Positions 12,601 through 24,600 of a stretch of DNA of 64,000 nt are shown in pieces. Each line of letters opens with the position of its first letter. Position 1 is the stretch's first letter. Below the pieces are notes generated by a model. It saw only the letters and a list, made by a program, of their open reading frames with translations, made no database searches and was not told the origin of the DNA. Source of the stretch: Callorhinchus milii (Eukaryota); the NCBI RefSeq assembly GCF_018977255.1, contig NW_024704742.1, positions 123,320,001 through 123,384,000 on the forward strand, in the 5' to 3' direction. The translations under genes and the position numbers were made by a program.

Positions 12601-15600
12601 CCTTGTAATTAATTCTTTTATATGAAAGTGATCTTCACCAATGCGTTTGCACCTTTTTTTTTAATCAGAGCCACTTCGAGGTCCAAGCATCTGGAGAACA
12701 ATTGAAATTATAAACTCTCAGGATAGACGGTTACATCTCATGTGGAAGGTACCTTTGTTTATGTAAACCTGTGACAATTCTTCCAGCACAGTTAATAATA
12801 ATACAGGCTTTTGATATAGGGTCTTATCACACAGTCAAAACATCTCAGTGTGATCTACTGTACAGTGCAGCAAATATCTATTAAGCAAATGACCAGTTTT
12901 TAGGATGATATAGTGCCATGTCTCATTCAATGCAAGACCCCTCTGACAACCTTACAGATAGGCACAATGAATAAATATATTCACTTTACCATATATTCTG
13001 TGAGACATCTCAATGGTAAGGTGCTATATCAAATGCAATGATGATTATTATTATTATAGTGTCCACACTTAAGAGTTATAGGCTCTTGCTTTGGTACCAT
13101 ACTGGTTAGCCTAGGGGACGTGAATGTACTTTTGCTTGAAATTTGGCCTTAAAATAATAATCCCTCCAAAAAAACAATAATAAATTGGTCATTTTCAATC
13201 CACGACTGTTTGTGGGACAATGCTGTGCGCGATTGGCTGCTACATTTCGCTCACAAATATACAGTCAGTTCACTTTGCAGCATATTCCTAAGAAGCGCTT
13301 TGAGACATCTAGAAGACATGAAAAGCGCTATATCAAATGCAAGGATTATTATTATAAAATTTGTCATCATTGTCTATGTATCATACTGTTCCATTTGTCC
13401 AGATCATGTTGGTCATGTTTCATATTTTTTAGCAGCATTTTAATCAATCAAATGTAAACCCTCATGCCCCTCTCCTTGTAACAATGGATGCACTTTGAAT
13501 ATTTTCTTATTTTTCGTCAGTGGTAAGAGAAAATTAGGAAGAACTGCATTTATTAATTATTGCTGCTGAATACAATGACCAAGTATTCTTTGGATCTCGT
13601 GATATTAGTTTCTTCGCAGTTCTTTAGTTTCTTTAATGTCTTTGAGATTCTGCACTAGTATTTGTATTTTCTTTGTTTAAACTTTCTGATTCAATTTTGC
13701 AGGAGCTAACAAAGTCTAATGCCAACGGAATTATTTTGTGGTACTATCTGGAAATAAAGCAAATGAACCCTTTGGAAATAGAGGAAATAAAGACTCTCGA
13801 TTTGTTTTATGATATTATCCTTTCGAATAAAGGGTATGAAATAAGTGTCAAAGCCCACAATTCAGTCGGGAATTCTTCTGCGCAAACTATAAAAGTGCTT
13901 GCAAAAAATCAAAAAGGTGAGCTTTGTTTTATAACCACATGTCAAGGGTCATTAAATCCTTTTGAAAGATGTATGATTTTTAAAATGAGAGATGAAAACA
14001 GTTTTTTGAGGAATTAATATTCACTGAAGGCATAAGATTTATTTCAATACAAAATGTATACCAAAAATCTAAAATTTGACTTCATTCTAGGATTTGCAGG
14101 TGTACAAAAGCTCAGTGCTTACCCTCAGGATGGTCAGTTGATGGTGGAATGGAAACGTGTTTCCTCAAGTGGTTTTTTGATTGAATGGTGTGAAGAATTG
14201 AAAAAGGATCTGTATCCTGGACCAGTATACTGGCAACATGAGTCAAGATCTGCCAACAAGACATTCTTAAAAGGTGGCAACCATTGTACCGTGCTTTACA
14301 CCATTTTGTTATGTGGGAATGCAAGCGGTATAATGCTTCTTTGATTCGAAAGTGTATAGACTTGTTTGTATTCTATGGTTTGTGCCAACATATTAATGAA
14401 AAGGAACATCACAACATCCAGGACCAGAAACAATAACTATGGCACATATGGTTTCTAACTGCAGCGTGTGAAGTTTCCATTAAAGGTCATCTGGTAGCAA
14501 TCAGGAGTAGGAAAGCTATTTCACTTTCCATTTCCTACAGCCCTTGAGTGCTGAGGTCAGCTATGCTCCCCTACTGCTGCTGAGCTCAGATGAACTAACT
14601 CAGCAGATACTGGTTGTTTTGGCTGTTCTGCAGCACCTTTACCGACTAATCCATTAGGGAACTCAGCTGATTGTACCTACAGTAGAAACAGGAGTAGGCC
14701 ATTCAGTCCTTCTAGCCTGTTCTGCCATTCTTAAGATCATGGCTGATCTGCACCTCAACTCCAATTGCCCATCCTTGCCCCGTATCCCTTGATAACCTGA
14801 CCTAACAAATAGCTATCCATCTCAATCTTGAAAATGTGAATGGATCCAGCATCCACAGCCTTTTGGGGGAGAGAGTTTCAGATTTCCACAACCCTTTGGG
14901 TGAAAAACTGCCTTCTGATTTCACTCCTAAATGGCCTAGCTCTAATTTTAAGATTATGTCCCCTTGTTCTGGGTTCCCCCACCAGAGGAAATAATTTCTC
15001 TGTATCCTATCGAATCCCTTTATTATTTCAAAAACCTCAATTAGGTCATCCTTCAACCTTCTAAACTCAAGGGAATACAGATTAACTTTATGCAACCCGT
15101 CCTCATAATTTAACCCATTTAGCCCTGGTATCATTCTGGTGAATCTGCGCTGCACCCCCTCCAGAGCCAATATTTCCTTCCTGAGGTACAGGGCCCAAAC
15201 CTGAACACAGTACTCCAGATGAGGTCTGATCAAGGCTGTATACAGTTGAAGCATCATTTCCTCTCCTTTATAATCCAGCCCCCATGAGATAAAGGCCAAT
15301 GTCCCGTTAGCCTTTTTGATAACTTTTTGTATCTGTCAGCTTGGTTTTAGTGATTTGTATAGCTAGACACCCAAATCCTGTTGCTCCTCCACAGTTCTCA
15401 GTTTCTCACATAAGTAAAACTCGCATAAGTCTTATCTTTATAAATTGTATATTCGCCTAAGTCGTACATACACCCAAGTTTAATTCAGTTTCCTATCAAA
15501 ACCACTTAAATTTATTTGCACTACTCATATTAATCAGTAATAAGTAAAGTGTCATCCTCGCTCAATTGGTGGCACTCTCACTTCTGAGTCGGATAGTTAT

Positions 15601-18600
15601 GGGTTCAACCTCCTGGAACCTGGAACTCACGTAGTCTCAGCTTGTAGTGCTGGGATTGTGTTGCATTGGAGGTGCTGTTCTTCAGATGAGACATTAAACC
15701 AAGGTCCCATCTTCCTGTTCGAGTGGATGTTAAAGATTTCATGGCACTATTTGAAAAGAGAAGAGAGCATCTCCCAGTGTCCTAGATAACAATCCCTCAA
15801 ATAAAATTGGTCACTCACTTCATGGCAGTTTGTTTGCTGTGTGGCAAATTGATTACGCATTTGCTCATAAAACACACGGTTACTACACTTTACAGTATAT
15901 CCTGTGAAGCGCTTTGGGATTATTATTTTTTAAATTTAAAGAACGACAGTAAAGAACTGTTAAAAGAGATTGTTTTCCCTTAAAGCCAATTGATAAAATG
16001 TGCTTTGTCTTAAAGCAATGGAGGGTTTGGGAATAATGTACATATCTCAATGAGTTATTTCTTCCACAGAAAACATCATGCCATTCAAACGCTATCAGAT
16101 AACAATTTATCCTCTCTACAATGGTCAACCAGGAGCATCACTTTCAACAAAAGCATATCTGGAACAAGGCCGTATGTAACCAACATTTTTTGCTTAAAAT
16201 GTAGAGAAAAGGTTTAGATTTTTGTATATAATAGAAGTCCAATAAATAATTAATCAGCCTGGCTCAATTGCAGGACCAGGAGGGAAATTGGGGGTCAGGC
16301 ATTATTCCCGCTTAGCTGTGTACAAGTCACAGCATCTCGTTGGACAAGCAACAGGACGTTTGCCAGGCACTGCTTTAGTGGCATAGAATTATACAGCACA
16401 GAAGAAGGCCATTCGGCCCATCGTGTCTGTGCTGGCTTTTTGAAAAGAGCTATTCAATCCCACTCCCCTGCTCTCTCCCTGTGCCTTGTGGTTGTACATG
16501 GTTAAACTCTAGTTGTACCCAGTGCACGTTCTGGGGGTCCCAAATCTTTGTTCTTGCCAACCTGAGCCTAATATTCTCCGGAATTAGGTAAAATGGGTGA
16601 GTCCCTCCAGGGAGAGTGCACATTCCATTTCAGCCACAGGAATATTTCCATATATTCGTGGTATACATTTATGAATTTCTTTCTGGATATTCTTAAGCAT
16701 GTTAATCTGCTTTATGACTACCGGGGAGTGTTTGGATTTAAACGATCTCTTGTGAAACAATGAACAGTTTGCTTGCGTGGATAATTTATTTTCTGTTGAA
16801 TGAGCTGTGGTGACAGGTTAATTATCTTGTATTTTAGGTCCAATAAGAGGTCCTGAAGTTCACCTGAAGCGCGTGGGAAAAAATGAAGTTGAAATGATGT
16901 GGAAAGAAATTGCAGTAAATGATCAGCAAGGTTTCATCACAAACTACACCATATTTTACAAGCATGGCAATGCAAATGTATCATGTAAGCAAAAAAACAA
17001 GTTTCTTTTATTAGTGTTTTGATAGCAAAATGCATGACGTGATTGTTAAGAGATTTAAGGGTTGTGTTTTGGAGATATTGAAATTGTACTATTTACAACA
17101 ACAACTTGCATTTATATAGCGCCCTTCACACGGGGTAGTGTCCCGGAGGGCTTATTTATACTCTTGTTTCCTGGTTCTAAGACTATGTTGCCTACACCTT
17201 TTCTTTTTTGTCAGTTTTCTTGCACGGAGTGTTGATGAAAGTAAGTTAGAATCTGCATCTAAAGTAAGAAAAAGTATGTATATGGTCAGCTAAATGTAGG
17301 GCATTAACATACTATGATTAAACATAAAGTATGGAATTTTAAAGTATTCACATTTTTCCACAACATTATAATGTTGCAAATGATTCCACAGACAAAAGAG
17401 AGAAATTTACAACTGATAATAATAATAATCCTTACATTTGATTTAGCACCTTTCAAGGCAAGAGGGGTTTTAAAGAACAATCAAGTCACTTTTAAAAGTA
17501 GCAGTCTGGTCTCACTGTGGAGAGCCTAAGGTTTATCTTGTTGTGCTTTACCCCAGTTGTAGTGTTGAAACAAAAAATTTGATTTGCAGACCTATGAATG
17601 TGAAGTTATTTTTTTTAAAAAACTACCCCTCTTAAGAATAGGTCATCTTGATAAAACATAAGAGAATTCTTGTGCTGGGCTAGCATGGCAGAGACCATGT
17701 TAAAACTGCTATGAATAAGTGTATTGGCTTTCCTGCCAAGAGATTACAGCAGTTGTTATTTTAAAATGTCACAAGGATAACCTGTTTTGTCGTGTACATT
17801 AGAGAATTGTGACACATGTACACAGACCTGTTTGTTAGCAAAACCTGTAAAAACCTCTTGCCTGTGGTATGCATTACAGAGAATTTTAATGTGAGCAACA
17901 CAGGACAAATTTCATAGAAGAAGCTGTGGTTTGTGGCTTCAAATTTGATGGCATTTAATAAGTAATATGTTCAAATGGTCAACAACAAAATTACATTTGT
18001 ATTGCACCTTTCACGTCAGGTGGCACTGGCCACCGAATGTTTTCAGATATAACATATCCTTGCTATGTTACAAAAAAATAATTATTCCACAAGACAACTC
18101 CTCAGTTCTTTTGTGTTTGAAACTAAGAAATTGTATCTTGCAGCCTGTTGGACTGTAATCAGGACTGCTATCATTTCAACCAAGCTGGGTGTTGAACCTT
18201 ATGGTGTGTTAAATAATCTTAGCTTCAAGGCTCCCCTACTCATTATTTTCAGTGGAGATGCTGGGAACTGAGACTGACAAATCAAATGTTTCAGCATCCA
18301 GGCACAGAAATTGAAAACAGAATTTTCAACAAAGTAACCCATTTGGTTTTGCCCATAAAATACAGTCAATTCACTTTACAGAATATTCTGAAGCGCTTTG
18401 AGTCATCTCAACGACATGATAATATGTAGAGGGATGAGAGGGATGAGTTATGAGAATAGGTTGAGCAATTTAGGCCTATATTCTCTAGAATATAGAAGAA
18501 TGAGAGGTGATCTTATAGAAACTTATAAGATTATTAAGGGGCACGTCAGAATAGACAGTTGGAGAATTTTTTCCCTGGTTGGAGAAACTAACCAGTCTTA

Positions 18601-21600
18601 AAATTAGGGGTAAGCCCTTTTGCACTGAGTTGAGGAAAACTTCTTCACTCAAGAGGGTAGTGAATTTATGGAATTCTCTACCCCAAAGGACTGGAGATAC
18701 TCAGTCCTTGAATATATTCAAGACTGAGATTGATAGATTTCTTGTGGATTAAGGGATATGGGGATAAGGCGGGTAAGATTAGATCAGCCATGATTTTATT
18801 GAATGGCGGGGCAGGCTAGAGGGGCCGAATGGCCTACTCCTGCACCTATTTCTTAAGTTCTTATAAAATGCCATATCAAATGCAAGGATTATTTTTGTAT
18901 TGACCATTGTTTTATAAATGGGGGTAGAGAATATAAAACCAAAGAGGTAATGCTAAACTTATAAATCGTTAGTTAGACTACAGTTATCATATTGTGTCCA
19001 GTTTTGGTCACCCTACTTTAGTAAAGATGTCAAGGTAGTAGATGGGGTGCAGGGGAAATTTACTAGGATGGTATTGAGAATGAGTGGTTTGTCCTGTGAG
19101 CAACTGGAGACCGGAGGAACTGGAACTTTTTGCATGAAGGTTGAGGGGAGGATCTGTTATGGGTCTTTAAAATCTTGAGGGGTTTTGATAGAATCTAGGG
19201 AGAAGTTATTTACACTGGTTAGTAAGTCACTGATGAGAGAGCATCAATTTTAGGTTAAGGAAGTTTAGGAAAAAAAATTTCATGCACAAGAGTATTGAGG
19301 ATCTGGAAGTACCCCACTGGGAGTGGTGGCTCTTATAACCTAAGAATAATCATGCTGTTGTTTCCTTCATTTTGATGAAAATATTATACTACCCAACTGT
19401 TTCTCATTTATGAATGTTTCAGTTTAATTGTAATTTAGCAATAGTTCATATAATTTTATTTTTCAGCTGTGACTGTTGACCCAATGCATCAAGAGTGTAC
19501 ATTGACTTCCTTAAAGGGTAATACCTTGTATGTAATCTGGGTCATGGCATCAACAGTGAAAGGAGGCAGAAACAGCTCTGAAGTGACTTTTACTACATTG
19601 CATTTTGGTAAGTTTTGTTTCCACATATTGTATTGCTAACTTTATTTTAAAAATCAACAAATAAGTGCAGTGCTTAATGGTGGAAACTTGTGTTCTGAAG
19701 ACATTGGTGTGTTACATGAATTCAGTCATTTCATTTAACATTGACTCAGCCTCAGTTTTGTGGCGTGAATAAAAAATCTTTTCAAATACAAAAGCACACT
19801 TATCAAAATTGAAAATGACTAATAGGAGAAATACATTTTCAAAGGTCTTGTTTTCTTAGTCTTTCACTGCAGTCCCTCAATACTGGCATTATCGAGTAAA
19901 TTTGCGAAAGATTCTCAAAATATCGGGTTACATTAACCAGCAGCTATTAAATAATAATGAATGCAATCTTACATAAGTGTCACATGTTCAGTCAAAGTAG
20001 AAGTAAATATTGCAATGCAGACATTTCATTTATGTGAAAGCACTTTGCTTCATGATGAGCTCATTCTGAGTGGGAAATTATACAACTTGCACTTTCAGTA
20101 GGAACTATCACACAGGCATCATTTTGAAGTGACTGTAGAAGCTAAGCAAGGCGGATGGGAGGGGAGAGATGTGTTTGTAGGTGTTACATTTTCTACTATT
20201 ACATTTTTTTTTGCAGCTAAGGGAGAAATTGAAGCCATCGTTGTACCAGTTTGCCTGGGCTTTCTCTTTATCACAATCATGACTATACTGCTCTGCTACA
20301 GCAAAAAACATCTGTAAGTTTCCATTATTTTTGCTTAGTTATACACGTTACAGGATTTTGCCATAATTACGGATTTGGAAGTGTATTTTCTGTTTAGATA
20401 GCATTCGTATAATTTCATAGTTTAGCTGTAATTTACAGAGAATATTTTCTGGCATTATATCCTACACGTTTTGTGATAAACCGTTAATCAGAGGGACACT
20501 CACTGGATCATCACACCTGTATCTCACTTTTAAAAACCCCAGCCTGCATTTAATTTCTGCTCAGCTAATCCTCAAAATATTTTGAGGGCAGTGATCATCT
20601 GCTTTTGAAAGAGTAAAAATTTAGTGTTTAATTTTTCAAAATATTTCTTCACAGGATTAAGAAATATGTTTGGCCTAATGTCGCAGATCCTGCCAATAGC
20701 AGGGTTGTTGATTGGTTACCTAATGCTGGAAATCTAATGCAGGTAGGATTTTTTTTCATTCAATACTGCACAACCACTTTTCTTGCAAGATGGATAGAAT
20801 TCAAAAGGAATGCACTTCTGCATCCTTCATACTCTGGTTGCAGCTCTTCACCATTAAGCAACAATAACAACAACAAAATTACATTTATAGAGTGCCTTTA
20901 ACGTCGGGAGGACGTCCCAAAGCGCTGAACAGTCAGTGTCGGGGCCTGAGCATGGGGAGCAAAGCAAAACACTTATTCAAATCAGAAATTTACAATGCAG
21001 TTTGCATCAGTTTAAATCTTATTTTCACTCGTATACTAGTTCATTTAATCAAACTAAATGTCAATGATGTATTTCTACTATGCTGTAAAACATAATGATG
21101 GAAAAGGGGTGAGGGAACGCAGAGAGGTAGGAGGGAGACCAAAGGCACGATCGAAGAGAAGGGTCTTGAGACCGTCCTTAAGGGAGGCAAGGGAGGAAGC
21201 GAGGCGAAGGGACCATGGGATGGGGGCAGAGAGGCTGAAAGCCCGGCCACCGATGGTAGGTCGGGCGGGAGACATGAAGTAGACCGGAGCCCGCTGAACG
21301 GAGGCAGCGGGCAGGTTGGCAGGTTAAACTCGTGTCCAAGGCTGAAGCTCCAATGCAGTGCTGGGGTTTGTTGCATTTTTGGAATTGTTCTGAGGTTCGA
21401 AAAACATGTATTAAAATGTGTGTCAGCTTGGATCAGTGGTAGCACATTTGCCTCAGTCAGAATGTTGTGGGTTTGAGTCCAGTGTCGGGACGTGAATTCA
21501 CATCGAAACTGACACTCCAATGCAGTTACATTGTCAGCGGTGTCGTTGTTCAGATGAGACACTAAACTGAGGTTTAATAGCCTGTTCAAATGGACATTAA

Positions 21601-24600
21601 AGATCTCATGCACTATTCGAAAAGGGAAGAGTTTCTCATGGTGTGTGTCCCCCCCCACAAAACAAAAGCAAGGATTATTATCTGGTGATTGAAATTAGGC
21701 TCGAAGGGTATGTGTTTTTAGCTAGTCGGAGACCTGAGGACAGTGCTTGTCAGGTTAAATTGTTCATCTACTTTATCTGTGCTCTCACCCTCATCCACAA
21801 CACCCTCTCCTCCACACTCGACACTCTTGCCCCCATCACCTCCCGTACTGTCTCCTACTCTCGCTCCTCCCCCTGGTTCACCATCCACCTCCGCTCACTG
21901 AAGAGCCAGGTACGGGCCGCTGAACGCACCTGTGTCAAATCTGGCCGGACCTCCTCAAAATCTACCGCTCCACTCTAGCCTCGGCCAAGTCGTCCTTCTA
22001 CTCCAGGATAATCCTGGAGGCAAAGAACAACCCCAGGCTACTGTTTCCTACCACATCCCGACTCCTCCGTTTCCCCCCGCCACCCCGCGCAGGTCATCTC
22101 CTCTAACCTTCACTACGAGGAGATACTGGATTTTCTTGAATCCAAAATCAAGGGAATCCGCTCCGCGGTCACTCCCCCTCCAACTTCCACCCACCCCTTC
22201 CCTCCCACACTCCGACTCCTGCCCATCCTCCCCTACACACCTTCGAACCCGTTTCCCCACCCTCTGTCACCAAACTCATCCTGTCCCTGAAACCCACTAC
22301 CTGCTCCCTTGACCCCATCCCCACTCCACTCCTTATCTCTCAGCTCCACCTCCTTGCCCCACTTATCACAGACATCATCAACCTGTCCCTCTCCTCTGGC
22401 TCTGTTCCCATTCCCCTAAAAACTGCCATCATCACTCCCACTTTGAAAAAACCCTCCCTTGATACGTTGCAGCTATCAAGCTACCGGCCCATCTCCAACC
22501 TCCCCTTCCTGTCCAAGGTCCTTGAACGAGTTGTCGCCTCCCAGCTGCGCTCTTTCCTCTCCACCCATGCATTATTCGAACCCCTTCAGTCAAGTTTCCG
22601 TGCTCCCCATAGCACAGAAACTGCCCTGGTCAAGGTCACCAATGACATCGTGACCATCTGCGAGCAGGGCTCCCTCTGCATCCTCGTCGTCCTCAACCTA
22701 TCGGCAGCATTCGATATGGTCGACCACGCTCTCCTCCTCCGCCGCGTGTCCTCCCACCTCAACCTTCAAGGCTTTTCCTCCACCCCCCGTACTGTCTCGT
22801 GCGGTGTCCCTCAGGGCTCTGTCCTCGGTCCCCTCCTCTTCACCCTCTATATGCTCCCCCTCGGTGACATCATCCGCAGACATGGGGTTAACTTCCACTT
22901 GTATGCAGATGACACCCAACTCTATCTTTCCCCCTCTACCCTCAACTCCACGACCACCGATGTCCTGACAGCTGCCTGTCCGACATCGAGTCCTGGACGA
23001 GAGACAACTTTCTTCAGCTCAACGTGCGCAAAACTGAGGCCCTCCTAATTGGCTCACGTCAGCGCCTCCGCACCTCAGGCGCTGACAGCATCAGCATCCA
23101 AGGCTGCACTCTCCACCTCTCAAAGCCGGTCAGGAACCTCGGTGTTCTGTTCGACCCTGAGCTGTCCTTTCTTCCTCAACCGCGCCACAACTGGCACTGC
23201 CTTCCATCACCTCCGAAACATCGCCAGACTATGGCACTACCTCACCCCTCACGCTGCTGAAACACTGGTCAACGCCTTTATCACCTCAAGGCTGGACTAC
23301 AGGAACTCTCCTCGCCGGCCTTCCTGGCACCTCCCTCCACAAACTGCAGGTCATTCAGAACTCTGCAGCTCGTGTACTGTCCCGCACCAGGCTTCGCGAC
23401 CACATCACTCTCACCCTCGCTCGCCTCCACTGGCTCCCCATCCCCCAGAGGATTGATTTCAAGATCCTCATCCTCACCTACAAGGCCATTCACGGCCTTG
23501 CTCCCTCCTACCTCTCCGACCTACTAGCCCCCTATTTACCTGCCCATACCCTCCGTTCCTCTGGCTCCGGGCTGCTCCACATCCCCCGCCCCAACCGCCC
23601 TACCATCGGTGGCCGGGCCTTCAGCCTCTCAGCCCCTAGGCTCTGGAACTCTATCCCCCAGTGCCTTCGCCTTGCTTCCTCCGTTTCCTCCTTCAAGGCC
23701 GGTCTCAAGACCTTTCTCTTTGACCGTGCCTTCAGCTCCCCTCTCGACTCTCTACCCCCTCCTCGCTCCCTCCCCTCACCATTTTCCCCCTGCTCGGGTC
23801 CTGACCCAACTGTCCAGCGCCTTGGGACGTCCTCCCGACGTGAAAGGCGCTCTATAAATGGAATCTTGTTGTTGTTGTGCTGCATTCACGAGTGCATTTT
23901 CTGCTTAATTTTGATTAACAGTGTCATTTATTTTTCAACAGAACAACGTTGGCCAGAAAGAACCTTTGAATCCAGATGGCATCATTTCAGATCTTAAAAT
24001 AATCGAAGCCGATGTAGGTAGCACAAAATATCTTTCAACTGAGGAGGACATGAAGCCAATCACAACTTTGAAAAAAGAGAAAAGTATGTCAGGAGAGCAC
24101 AGTAGTGGTATTGGTGGTTCCTCGTGTATGTCATCCCCGCGACAGAGTGTCTCAGACAGTGATGATGGAGAGTCAGTACAGAATACTTCAAGCACAGTTC
24201 AGTATTCAACTGTGGCTAGTGATCCATGCTACAAACGACAGGTTCCACCACAGGGCATCGCACGATCAGAATCAACACAACCTTTACTGGAAAATGAAGA
24301 AGAGCATATGTATGGCAATTTGGGAAGCTGCAGTACAGAAATGAAAAGACAGTACTTTAAACAGAACGGTAATATAGAGGAGGCAAATGAAGGAAGCGAA
24401 GCACATATCAATAAATCAGATGTCCCAACTCATCTAAATGGAGGCAGCTTGCTTGGACTAAATGAGCTAAGCATTTCGGACCAGAGCCCTGACTTTGTGG
24501 GATGTCATCCCAGGATGGAGGAGTTTCCAAGCAACAATGAACAAACTGTTGTCAGGCTGGATTTTTTGGGGTTCAATGCAGATCTCGAACCTGATCACAA

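Noticed and set aside
14097..14100. Alternative acceptor TTTGCAG 9 nt inside exon 9
   Set aside because: In frame, but the upstream acceptor gives the expected 183-nt exon and nothing supports use of this one.
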